This document shows positions 47,181 through 56,462 of a stretch of DNA of 64,000 bases, in pieces. A program made the translations under genes and the position numbers. Numbering within the stretch: position 1 is the stretch's first letter; the number at the start of each line of letters is the position of its first letter. The DNA lies in assembly GCA_016187125.1 (NCBI GenBank), contig JACPKF010000007.1:835-64834 (forward strand), read 5' to 3'. This stretch comes from Candidatus Saccharimonadota bacterium (GTDB taxonomy: Bacteria; Patescibacteriota; Saccharimonadia; Saccharimonadales; UBA10212). Under the pieces are notes generated by a model, which was not told the DNA's origin, did not search any database, and saw nothing but the letters and a program-made list of their open reading frames with translations.

Positions 47181-47384
47181 ATGGCTAAAATATTTAAACA
47201 CCGAACCGACGTAGCTTTTTTTGACTACAAGGATTTTAAAACCTTGCAGCGCTATGTCAACCAATATGGACAGATAGAGCAACGTAAAAAGACTGGTTTA
47301 ACTGAAAGTAAACAACGCCAGCTGGCGCGGGCTATCAAACGTGCTCGCCACATCGCGCTGCTGCCGTTTGTATCTAACGGCTAG
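47181..47384 (+). CDS. rpsR: 30S ribosomal protein S18
   Basis: DYKD..L..Y....G.I, TG...KQR.LA.AIKRAR..ALLPF. Confidence 0.96.
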   Translation: MAKIFKHRTDVAFFDYKDFKTLQRYVNQYGQIEQRKKTGLTESKQRQLARAIKRARHIALLPFVSNG

Positions 47385-47446
47385 TAAAGCAATTTACAAT
47401 TCTCAATTCACAATTTTCAATCAATGATCGATAACCAATTTTCAAA

Positions 47447-48013
47447 ATGGCTTTAAGTATTACGGAACTCAAGAAGGGGACTATATTTCAGATGGATGGA
47501 ATCCCATACCGAGTTATCGAGTACAGTCAAAAAGTGATGGGGCGGGGCGGTTCGACCGTTAACGTTAAAATTAAAAGTTTGGTTGATGGCAAAGTTCTAG
47601 CCAAAACTTTCCATGGCGGGGAAAAACTAGACTCTGCCGACATAGCTAACCGGCCGGTCCAGTATCTATACGAAAAAGGTGGGCAGTACCATTTCATGGA
47701 CGTTGAAAATTACGACCAGTTCAGTCTGTCGACCGAAGACACGGAGGGCAAAGGGGGATATTTGAAAGAGGGAGATACAGTGACTGCCCAATTTTTTGGC
47801 GGGCGGGTGATAAGCATCGAACTGCCCAAAAACGTGCCGCTAAAAGTTACTTATACTGAAGACGCAGTGAGAGGGGACACCAGCTCGTCTATCACCAAAG
47901 ACGCAACATTGGAAACTGGCGCGACTGTTAAGGTACCAGCTTTTATCAAACAAGGCGATATAATCTCGGTGGATACAACCAATGGCACCTACAAGCAGCG
48001 CGTCAAAAACTAA
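47447..48013 (+). CDS. efp: elongation factor P
   Basis: MGRG loop, QYLY, RGDT....K.ATLETG..V.VP.FI..GD. Confidence 0.94.
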   Translation: MALSITELKKGTIFQMDGIPYRVIEYSQKVMGRGGSTVNVKIKSLVDGKVLAKTFHGGEKLDSADIANRPVQYLYEKGGQYHFMDVENYDQFSLSTEDTEGKGGYLKEGDTVTAQFFGGRVISIELPKNVPLKVTYTEDAVRGDTSSSITKDATLETGATVKVPAFIKQGDIISVDTTNGTYKQRVKN

Positions 48014-48491
48014 CCAGCATCGCTACCTTATTGCCTACTTGTTAGATAGTTTAGAGATTGGAGACAAGTTCCAGCCCTCAGCGCTACATATTACAATTCT
48101 ACCGTGGTTCGCATTGGAAACGGATGAAGGGCCATTTTTGACATGGTTTTATGACCATTTTGACAGAGTGCCGGCTTTTAATGCCGAGGTTGGTACCAGA
48201 AAATTATTTGGCCCTGACAAAGACGTGCCGGTAAGTCTGATGGAGCCAGAGCGTAAGTTTATGCAGCTGCACCTGTTGGCACTGAGCTGGTTTGGCAAAG
48301 TTGGCGCCCGTTGGGCAGAGAAGGATCCCTACGTTGGTAATGATTATATACCCCACGTTGCTCAACGACGGGGTTTTGTTCTCAACGAGGGCGATATTTT
48401 ACCCATATCTTCACTAACCCTGTTTAAAGCCGCCCGTCGCGAAGACCAAATCCGCCGAGTCGCTGCCAAAGCCGTACTTAAACAAGGATAA
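47982..48491 (+). CDS. 2H phosphoesterase (2'-5' RNA ligase-like) protein; start uncertain
   Basis: LHITI and YIPHV motifs. Confidence 0.7.
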   Translation: MAPTSSASKTNQHRYLIAYLLDSLEIGDKFQPSALHITILPWFALETDEGPFLTWFYDHFDRVPAFNAEVGTRKLFGPDKDVPVSLMEPERKFMQLHLLALSWFGKVGARWAEKDPYVGNDYIPHVAQRRGFVLNEGDILPISSLTLFKAARREDQIRRVAAKAVLKQG

Positions 48492-48530
48492 CCAATTTTC
48501 TAATATTCTTAAGAATATTAGAATGTAACT

Positions 48531-48809
48531 ATGAAAACTATCTATTCTTCTCAAGATCTAGCAGATATTTTAAAAGGGGGAGCCAATCATCACAGAATTA
48601 ATATCCTTTTTTTGCTTGATAAGCGAGGCAAGCTAACACTCGACGAAGTTGCTGAGGCATTAAGGGCAAATTATAAAACTATTGCTGTCCACCTTAGCCG
48701 CCTACATAAAAGTGGGCTGGTTACCAAGCGCTATAAAGCTTCAGCTGTCGAGCATGATTTAACACCACGTGCTCGCCATATTCTAAATTTCTTAAGAATA
48801 TTAGAATGA
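48531..48809 (+). CDS. winged-helix (ArsR/MarR-like) DNA-binding protein flanked by family H palindromes
   Basis: AN..RI.IL.LL, HL.RL..SGLV.K, LT.R; palindromes at 48498-48523 and 48780-48807. Confidence 0.85.
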   Translation: MKTIYSSQDLADILKGGANHHRINILFLLDKRGKLTLDEVAEALRANYKTIAVHLSRLHKSGLVTKRYKASAVEHDLTPRARHILNFLRILE

Positions 48810-49531
48810 CGAGTCTTAAAAGGGTAAGATTGGATCAAAGACTAGTGCAGCTTAGATATACTCCGACGCGTAGCCAGGCAGAAAATTATATTCGACTGGG
48901 TTTTGTAGAAGTCAATGAAAAAGCAGTAACTAAAGCCGGCTTTTTTGTTGCGGATAAAGACAAAATTAGATTAACTAACCCTGAGCATTATGTTAGCCGG
49001 GCCGGTTTAAAACTATCCGATGCTAACAAGTATCTAAAAGTAGACTTTAGCAATAAAGTAGTGCTTGATGTAGGTAGCAGCACGGGTGGTTTTACGGACT
49101 ATGCTCTGCACAAGGGGGCCAAAAAAGTTATTGCCGTGGATGTCGGTACCGACCAACTGCATCTAAAACTTCGTGCAGATGAAAGAATTGAGCTTTACGA
49201 AAAAACCGATATTAGAGACTTTAAGCTAAAATCTGCCCCCGACATTATTATGGTGGATGTCTCGTTTATTTCACTAAATTTGATATTACCTCATTTAGCA
49301 CGATTAAGCAGTTCCAAGACTATAATCATAACCTTACTTAAACCCCAATTTGAGGCTGGAAATGAGCAAATTAACAGGGGTATCATCAAAAATGATAGTA
49401 TACGCCGGACTATCCTAAAGGATTTCGAAAATTGGACAAAAAATTTGTTCAATATTGTCGGCAAAGTTGATAGTAATATTACCGGCTCCAAAGGCAATCG
49501 GGAGCGTTTTTACTTACTTAAAAAACTATAA
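48806..49531 (+). CDS. tlyA: TlyA family rRNA methyltransferase
   Basis: S4 domain, YVSRAG.KL, LDVGSSTGGFTD, DVSFISL, KPQFE. Confidence 0.95.
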   Translation: MTSLKRVRLDQRLVQLRYTPTRSQAENYIRLGFVEVNEKAVTKAGFFVADKDKIRLTNPEHYVSRAGLKLSDANKYLKVDFSNKVVLDVGSSTGGFTDYALHKGAKKVIAVDVGTDQLHLKLRADERIELYEKTDIRDFKLKSAPDIIMVDVSFISLNLILPHLARLSSSKTIIITLLKPQFEAGNEQINRGIIKNDSIRRTILKDFENWTKNLFNIVGKVDSNITGSKGNRERFYLLKKL

Positions 49532-49571
49532 GTACTTTTGATAGCCGTTTTTGTTTGTTTAAATTAACGTC

Positions 49572-50759
49572 ATGAGTCAGTCAAAGCAGCAAATAATATT
49601 TTCGCTTATTGGACTACTCCTATTAGTAAGTGGACTTTTCTTTTTAAGAACGTTTCATATTTTCGGAATATTTCCCAAGCAGGATTCTGCTTTAACCGAT
49701 CAACCCAAAACTTCACCACCTACTAAAACTTCTATCATGCAAGCAAGTTATCTAATCTCTGGCGATGTTTTTTGGGGAAGGGGCATTGATTACTTTGCCC
49801 AACAGAGCCCACTTAAATATGATTGGCCGTTTTCTCGCCTTAGTGAGTTTAACCCCGATAAATATGATGGCTGGATCGCCGACATAGAGTGCCCGGTAAC
49901 GGATAAGAAAATTCCATATCAAGTTCAGGTTGATTCATTAATTTTTGCTTGTTCGCCGGATTATTTGCCGGCAGCCAGCAAGTGGTTTGATGTTTTTACA
50001 CTTGCCAATAACCACACCAGCAATACCGGTCCTGACGGATTTGCCGATACCCGCACCAATCTGGCCAAAGCCGGGCGGCAGTTTTTTGGCCATTGGGATT
50101 TGTCCCAAAGACAGGATCTTTGTGAAGTAATAGCGCTTAAGGTAAAAGTTGATAGCCAAGCCAAAAAACTGCCGATTGCCATGTGCGGCTACCACTGGTT
50201 AGCCCGAATGCCCTCGGACGATGAACTGGCTCAAATTAGCCAATACGCGGCTTATTTCCCGGTTTGGGTTTTTCCACACGGGGGAACTGAATATTCCACC
50301 GTCGCCACGCCTGCTCAACAGGAACTGTACCGCAAGATGATTGATCTCGGTGCCGACGCTGTTTTTGCGGATCATCCTCATGTTGTAGAGCCAACCGAGG
50401 CTTACAAAGGCAAGTTAATCGTCTACAACTTGGGCAATCTAATCTTTGATCAGTGGTTTGATCAAGAAGTAACTAAGTCGTTAATTGTTAATGTGGCGCT
50501 GTCAGCTAGCGTGGATAAGAATCTTCAAGCTTATTTGGATATGGGCGAGTCCTGCGCAGTCTTTAAGGACAACTGTCTTGAGACCGCTCAAACTAAGGGA
50601 CTTAAAGCTTATAAGTTAAAATATTCATATAGTATTATTGCCGGTGATAGCTCAAACGCCAGCAGTGATGATCGCCTCAAACACCTCGGTAGCCCCACGG
50701 TTCAGGAGTGGCTGCTTAAGCGGACTAATTGGCCAACAACTCTCTCCGGTCTAAATTGA
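49572..50759 (+). CDS. CapA family metallophosphatase-like protein
   Basis: GDV..GR, LANNH, HGG.EY, GAD.V...HPHV, YNLGN.IFDQ. Confidence 0.85.
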   Translation: MSQSKQQIIFSLIGLLLLVSGLFFLRTFHIFGIFPKQDSALTDQPKTSPPTKTSIMQASYLISGDVFWGRGIDYFAQQSPLKYDWPFSRLSEFNPDKYDGWIADIECPVTDKKIPYQVQVDSLIFACSPDYLPAASKWFDVFTLANNHTSNTGPDGFADTRTNLAKAGRQFFGHWDLSQRQDLCEVIALKVKVDSQAKKLPIAMCGYHWLARMPSDDELAQISQYAAYFPVWVFPHGGTEYSTVATPAQQELYRKMIDLGADAVFADHPHVVEPTEAYKGKLIVYNLGNLIFDQWFDQEVTKSLIVNVALSASVDKNLQAYLDMGESCAVFKDNCLETAQTKGLKAYKLKYSYSIIAGDSSNASSDDRLKHLGSPTVQEWLLKRTNWPTTLSGLN

Positions 50760-50779
50760 TCTTAAACTATCGGGAAAAT

Positions 50780-50881
50780 AGCCCGAGATGCGGATTCATT
50801 CCGCACCCGGCGTGATAATCGGGGTCCCCATGAAATTTATTTCATGGGGTATGGTAAGAAACCCCGAAGGGGTGTCTTATA
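50780..50881. repeat. hairpin cluster between convergent genes
   Basis: tgcgga..tccgca; ccccatgaaat..atttcatgggg; accccgaaggggt. Confidence 0.65.
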
Positions 50882-50884
50882 GTT

Positions 50885-52021
50885 CTAGACATTGAAACGG
50901 AATTCGACTACGTCGTCGGGTTGCATAATGTAGTCTTTACCCTCGGTGCGCACCTTGCCAGCGGCCCGGGCGCCCGCTACTGAACCGGCAGTAATTAAAT
51001 CCTGGTAATTTATGACTTGAGCGGCGATGAAACCTCTCTGAAAGTCGGAATGAATAACCCCTGCGGCTTGTGGGGCAGTGGACCCTTTGCTAATTGTCCA
51101 GGCCCGAACTTCTTTTTCGCCGGCGGTCAAGAAACTCTGCAAGCCCAAAACACCATATGCGGCATGAATTAACTGAATTAGCCCACTCTCATTTTGTCCA
51201 TAACTGGCAAGGAGTTCCTGACGGTCAGTTTCGTCAAGTCCCCGTAGCTCACTTTCTAATTTTGCGCAAATAAATACGGCTTTTGCGGGCGCAATTAGAT
51301 CTGTTAATTCCTTTTGCAGGGATTGTCCCTGCAAACTGGCTTCGTCGATGTTAAACACGTAAATTACTGGCTTAGCAGTTAGCAGCTGGAGTTCGTCCAA
51401 GAAAACTGACTGGTCCTTATCCATTCTAATATTCTTAAGAATATTAGAATGGGACAGGGAAGAGTTGGTTTGTAGGTGGGTATTGATAGAATTTAGGGCG
51501 TCGAGTTGAGGTTTTAGTTTTGGGTTGGCTTTAGTTTCTTTTTCCAAACGGGGCAGGCGTTTATCAACCGTTTGCAGGTCGGCAAGTACCAGTTCGGTAT
51601 TTATTATTTCTATATCCTCCGACGCTCCGACCACTAAGTCGGAAGTCGGAGCCCCGATCGAAGCGTCGGGGTTTTTCACGCGGGCTACATTTGGATCATC
51701 AAAGGCTCTTACTACGTGGCAAATGGCATTTGCTTGTCTAATGTGGGATAAAAATTGGTTGCCCAAACCCTCGCCTTGGCTGGCGCCAGCGACTAAACCG
51801 GCAATATCTACAAATGTCACCGTGGCTGGCACGATTTTTTCGGTTTTATAAATCTCGGCCAGTTTTTGCAAGCGCGAGTCGGGAATCGGCACGATGCCGG
51901 TATTTGGCTCAATGGTCGCAAAAGGGTAATTAGCAATCAGGGCATTAGCGTCTGTCAACGCATTAAACAGCGTAGACTTACCGACATTGGGGAGGCCAAT
52001 AATTCCAATACTAAGACTCAA
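50885..52021 (-). CDS. ychF: redox-regulated ATPase YchF with three in-frame palindromes
   Basis: GLPNVGKST, ANYPFATIEPN, DIAGLV, TGS domain. Confidence 0.96.
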   Translation of the reverse strand: MSLSIGIIGLPNVGKSTLFNALTDANALIANYPFATIEPNTGIVPIPDSRLQKLAEIYKTEKIVPATVTFVDIAGLVAGASQGEGLGNQFLSHIRQANAICHVVRAFDDPNVARVKNPDASIGAPTSDLVVGASEDIEIINTELVLADLQTVDKRLPRLEKETKANPKLKPQLDALNSINTHLQTNSSLSHSNILKNIRMDKDQSVFLDELQLLTAKPVIYVFNIDEASLQGQSLQKELTDLIAPAKAVFICAKLESELRGLDETDRQELLASYGQNESGLIQLIHAAYGVLGLQSFLTAGEKEVRAWTISKGSTAPQAAGVIHSDFQRGFIAAQVINYQDLITAGSVAGARAAGKVRTEGKDYIMQPDDVVEFRFNV

Positions 52022-52208
52022 AATTGACTCCTATATTCATCTGTTAATCATAGCACGATAGGGAAAACACTTGCAAAAATAGAGAAAACGTGCTATTTTA
52101 TATATGAGAGTTAAGTAATAAACAAAAATGGCAATATCGTATTCACAAGATAAAATAACCCCATCGTTATTATTTGTGCTAATGTAACAACATAGGATAA
52201 ATACAAAA

Positions 52209-53837
52209 ATGTCTACTTTGCCTATAGAAGTGTTGCGCGGAGAAACAAATGGTCTTCGTCTGGGCGATCCGGCTCCTCGTATTCTACCGGGCGAGCGTAT
52301 ACTCTCAATAGTATATCCAGGTATTTCATATCCAAAAGAGCACCCTCCTGCAACTGTCGTTCTTATGCAATTAACGGGAGTAAAAAAGCCTGAGGATATT
52401 GGCAACAATGGTCCCAGCATTGCTGCTACAGCCAGTGCCGAAAATGAGCATATAGAAATCCTGAATAATCTTAAGGCTTTATATGGCAGAGATTCATTAA
52501 TAGTAGGTAATTATGTAAGCGGGATTTTCCCCAAACTGCAGCAAGCAACTGTAATAAGGTTGGCTGAACTTCAAGGCATTGATTATAATTCTCTAGCCGA
52601 AGAAGAGCCTGGCCGTATTATTCATGAAGATCGCCCACCAGACAGTCCCATAGCCGTCCAAGCCACCGAAAAGTCTGGTTGGCAGTGGCCATATTATGGC
52701 AGCATTGACGCCACACCTTTATTCATAAGTGCTACTATTGATTGCACAAAAAACGAAATTCTCTTTCTTAAGAGACGGTTTGAGGGACGCGATGGTAAAA
52801 CCCATACGCTAGAAGAAAGCCTAGAAAATTCAGTTGGCTGGTTGATGCGTAAGCTGGATAGCAATCAGGAGAGTTTACTGGAATTTAAGCCGAGCTTTGA
52901 TGGTAGTATAGAAAATCAGGCTTGGAAGGATTCCTGGGATTCATATTTCCATAAAGATGGCACCATTGCTAATCACAGGCAAGGCATTGCTTCGGTTGAG
53001 GTCCAAGCCTTCGCCTATGACGCTTTATTGGATGTAGTAGAATTTTATAACTCTCGTTTAGAGGCTATTACTGATCCTTCAGAGAAATCGGTATTACAGC
53101 AAAAGATTGAAGGCCTGCAGTTACGAGCTGACAAACTAAAGCGGACAGTAATGGACAAGTTCTGGGTTGAAGATGAGAGGGGTGGTTATTTTGCTCTCGG
53201 CACGGATCGTGATGAAGATGGTAAATTGCGGCCTCTAGAAATCAGAACTTCCAACATGGGCTATTTGCTGGATTCGCGAATGTTAGACAGCAATGATCCG
53301 GAAATTGTTAGGCGGCGTGAGGAAGTTATAAAAACTTTGTTCTCTGAAGAGATGCTGGCTGAAGCTGGTATTCGAACACTTTCAAATCGGGAAGTGCGTT
53401 TTCGATCAGGGGCTTATCATAATGGTAGTGTTTGGCCGCATGATACTTACCGTATAAGCCGCGGTTTGGCTAAATGCGGCTACTACGGGCTAGCCTATGA
53501 TTTAGTTCAACGGATTAAAGGGGTCGTAGAGAAAACAAATATGTACGTAGAATTTGCCCGCGGCGGTGAGTCTGGGGATGAGCCCATAAACCGGCGAATA
53601 GTTGATGTATGGGATGAAAAATTAAGCCGGGAAAATAGAATTGAGGAACCGCCTAAAGAGCCCCAAGCTTGGGATGTTGCCGCAAATGTGGCGATTGACT
53701 ACTTTTACAATTCGTCAAGCCCCAAAAAGGCGTTACCAACACAAGCCACCGATCCAGCAAAGCAATTGTTTGAAGAAGCAATTCTATCTCAAATTCACAG
53801 ATCATATCCCCACCCCGAACGCCTACTAGCGGGTTAG
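52209..53837 (+). CDS. amylo-alpha-1,6-glucosidase (glycogen debranching, GDE_C-like)
   Basis: GRDSLI, EEPGRI.HE, YYGSIDATPLF, NQ.WKDS.D, YHNGSVWPHD. Confidence 0.85.
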   Translation: MSTLPIEVLRGETNGLRLGDPAPRILPGERILSIVYPGISYPKEHPPATVVLMQLTGVKKPEDIGNNGPSIAATASAENEHIEILNNLKALYGRDSLIVGNYVSGIFPKLQQATVIRLAELQGIDYNSLAEEEPGRIIHEDRPPDSPIAVQATEKSGWQWPYYGSIDATPLFISATIDCTKNEILFLKRRFEGRDGKTHTLEESLENSVGWLMRKLDSNQESLLEFKPSFDGSIENQAWKDSWDSYFHKDGTIANHRQGIASVEVQAFAYDALLDVVEFYNSRLEAITDPSEKSVLQQKIEGLQLRADKLKRTVMDKFWVEDERGGYFALGTDRDEDGKLRPLEIRTSNMGYLLDSRMLDSNDPEIVRRREEVIKTLFSEEMLAEAGIRTLSNREVRFRSGAYHNGSVWPHDTYRISRGLAKCGYYGLAYDLVQRIKGVVEKTNMYVEFARGGESGDEPINRRIVDVWDEKLSRENRIEEPPKEPQAWDVAANVAIDYFYNSSSPKKALPTQATDPAKQLFEEAILSQIHRSYPHPERLLAG

Positions 53838-53856
53838 CTATTTAGTGGACGTAGAG

Positions 53857-54020
53857 TTGTGATTTTAACTTTAATATCCTCGGAAAGTACAGCCCGTCTT
53901 TGGTTTGGGGGTGAGCAGGAGCGGTCCCACTCAATTTGAATCAAATTGGGTGGGATTCGGACTTATTCCGAAAGCGACGATGAGAGAGGGAGTCGCCGCC
54001 TCTCATGAGCCGAAGGTGCT
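53857..54020. repeat. hairpin element between convergent genes
   Basis: tcccactcaatttga..tcaaattgggtggga; atgagag..ctctcat. Confidence 0.6.
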
Positions 54021-55655
54021 TTAGTGGGCATAAAAACCGCGGGCGGTGGCGTCGGGCAGAGTATAAAAAGCCACGCCGGCTTTTTTTAAGGCTTCGACTA
54101 CTTTATGGTCATTAACGGAGCCACGGGTGGCAAATATGGCCTTGATGCCGGCTTTGGCCAGCGTTTCCGCACCGTCAGGGAACGGAAAGAAACTGTCGCT
54201 ATAGGCTACGGCTCCATCGGTGTCGTGGCCAGCATCCCGGGTGCGTTTGAGCGCCAGCTGGGCCGCCGAAACTCTATCTTGCTGGCCGACGCCGTTGCCA
54301 ATTAACATGCCATTTTTAACTAAGGTTATAGTGTTGCTGTTACTGGTGCTGCCGATGGCCCAAGCTAGCAGCATATCTTTCTCCTCGTTTGCGAGACCGG
54401 GCCTCGCAAACGAGGATTGGCTGGCTTTTTCCAGCTCGGCTGATTTAAAATCTAGAACAAAGTCGTAGTTTTGCTGGGCCAAAACGCCGCCGCGGACGTA
54501 TCTAAAACGCCGTGCAATATCGAGTGATTTTTGGTTTAACTGCCCGAGAGCCGAGTTTTTAACCAGGCGTAGTTTGCCGCCCCTTCTTTGCAAAATTTCC
54601 ATGGCTTTATCCGTAAAGTCGGCAGCTGCCACTACGTCCAAAAGTCGTTTACCGCCGTTCATGGCATGCTCAAGTAGCAAGTTTGCTTCATCTTCATCAA
54701 CCGCAAAATTGATCATAACGCAGCCGCCAAAAATCGCTCGGCTGTCTCCTTCCAGCATTTTTTTAATAGCTTCATCCGGATTTTCTGAAACGGCAGCCCC
54801 GCAGACATTGCCGTGCTTGGCCCCCAGTGCAATCGCCGGTACTTGGTTAAAGTTTTTATCGAAGCCGGCGGCTATATGGGTAATGGTTTGCAGCAGCCGA
54901 TCAATATCAGCGTAGTTGTTATAGCTAAGCCCGGTGCCGCCAACTTGTGCAAAGTTGGCAATGGACAGAGGGTCTTGATCACTCCGTCTGGCATAAAGTC
55001 CGGCGCCACCTTGCCACGGATTTTCGCCGTATTTAGCCTGGGCGATTTGATTGCCTATAAAGCCAAAGGCTTCTGAGCCGTTTAGGTATTTAGCCGACTC
55101 TAAGATGTAGCGAGCAACTTCTAGTTCCGCGGCGGCGGCTAAGCTTTTAATAAATTGCTGCTCGTTCGGCCGGCCGGCTTTTAGCCAATCTAACACTGTT
55201 TGTCTTTGGCTGGGTTTGGATAGCACTATGCGGCGGCCTTTGGCCGCCGCATGTAGCAGAGTCGGGCCGCCGACATCGGTTTTTTCTATAATTTCGCTTT
55301 CTGGGGCTCCGTTGTTGATGGCCTCAGTCAGTGGGTACATATCAACACAAACTAAATCAATCCGCGGAATCCCCAAGCGTTTTAGTTCGGCGGCTTGCTG
55401 TTTGGTGTTATCGGCCAAAATGCCGGCGTGGATCTCGCGCGACAGAGTTACCACTCGGTGGCCTAAAATGGCCTGGCCACCGACCAGCTCGGAAACATCA
55501 GTAACTTTAACACCAGATTTTTTAATTGCTTGGGCCGTGCCACCGGACGCGTAAATTTTCCAGCCCAAATCAGCCAGTCCGTGGGCAAATTCCTCTATGC
55601 CGGTTTTGTCATAAACCGAAATAAGAGCATTAGGCTGGACTTGGTTCTCCATCAT
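54021..55655 (-). CDS. purH: bifunctional AICAR transformylase/IMP cyclohydrolase
   Basis: ALISVYDKTG, HRV.TL, D.GGPT, KYGENP.Q, SYNN..D, KH.N.CG, SDSFFPF.DG. Confidence 0.92.
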   Translation of the reverse strand: MMENQVQPNALISVYDKTGIEEFAHGLADLGWKIYASGGTAQAIKKSGVKVTDVSELVGGQAILGHRVVTLSREIHAGILADNTKQQAAELKRLGIPRIDLVCVDMYPLTEAINNGAPESEIIEKTDVGGPTLLHAAAKGRRIVLSKPSQRQTVLDWLKAGRPNEQQFIKSLAAAAELEVARYILESAKYLNGSEAFGFIGNQIAQAKYGENPWQGGAGLYARRSDQDPLSIANFAQVGGTGLSYNNYADIDRLLQTITHIAAGFDKNFNQVPAIALGAKHGNVCGAAVSENPDEAIKKMLEGDSRAIFGGCVMINFAVDEDEANLLLEHAMNGGKRLLDVVAAADFTDKAMEILQRRGGKLRLVKNSALGQLNQKSLDIARRFRYVRGGVLAQQNYDFVLDFKSAELEKASQSSFARPGLANEEKDMLLAWAIGSTSNSNTITLVKNGMLIGNGVGQQDRVSAAQLALKRTRDAGHDTDGAVAYSDSFFPFPDGAETLAKAGIKAIFATRGSVNDHKVVEALKKAGVAFYTLPDATARGFYAH

Positions 55656-55703
55656 CTAATCTAATTATTGGGGAGCTGAGCAGGGAATACAAGCTCAATT
55701 CTG

Positions 55704-56222
55704 TTATGCAGCTAGAGCTTCTGGCTCTGGTATATAAATACCGGCAATCCTAGCAAATGAACGGAATAAACGGGCATTGGCTGGATCCAGAGCTACAGCA
55801 GCTTGCTTTGCGTAGTCTCTCTCGACTACGTACCCCAAAATTTCTCTTGGTTTTAACTGACTAACGTTGCCCGGCCGCCTATTGGGCCGATCATTGTTGA
55901 ATATCAGACCGAGACGGTTAAAATACTCAGTTGGTGTATTTGCGTATTGACCTTTGAGCATTAAATTTGTCCAACGCAGGTCCAAAGCCGTCCATCCAAT
56001 CCGTTGATTGTTGGGATTGATATTGGCTACTACGGGAGCAAATTCTACTGCGTATGTCTTAACATCACTTAGTGCGTGGCGCAAAACACCAAGCTCTTGG
56101 CCATTTCTTACTCTTTTCTCAAGTACATCCAACCGCACGGCATGTGCTGTCCCAGCTAGAAACTCCTCGGGAGAAACAACGCCCTGATAAAAAATGGGCA
56201 GGGATTCTGGAGGTAAACTCAT
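55704..56222 (-). CDS. hypothetical protein
   Basis: 172-aa ORF. Confidence 0.6.
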   Translation of the reverse strand: MSLPPESLPIFYQGVVSPEEFLAGTAHAVRLDVLEKRVRNGQELGVLRHALSDVKTYAVEFAPVVANINPNNQRIGWTALDLRWTNLMLKGQYANTPTEYFNRLGLIFNNDRPNRRPGNVSQLKPREILGYVVERDYAKQAAVALDPANARLFRSFARIAGIYIPEPEALAA

Positions 56223-56347
56223 AATATTAGCTCTATCTTATAACTTTAGACGTGATAGATTATCACAATTTAGCACAAGACGCAACGCTTGTAGTGGTCC
56301 AATACACTTGCTTGCGCCTGTAGGAGTAGCAACTTATAATGCTTATG

Positions 56348-56462
56348 TATGTCCAGTAGTAGACCCCGTAGTGAGCTTTTGCGACCATCCGCTAAAGCGG
56401 ATGCTAAGCCAACCTTCGGTTGGCAACGCAAAAGTCTACTACGGGGCTCACTACTGGATATG
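56348..56462. repeat. nested family K/G palindrome ahead of a gene start
   Basis: tccagtagtagaccccgtagt..actacggggctcactactgga enclosing atccgctaaagcggat and gccaaccttcggttggc. Confidence 0.8.

Noticed and set aside
50763..50781. KLSGK* echoing the capA end TLSGLN*; likewise LSG(V)YN after 14692
   Set aside because: Three-codon matches are too short given the number of junctions inspected
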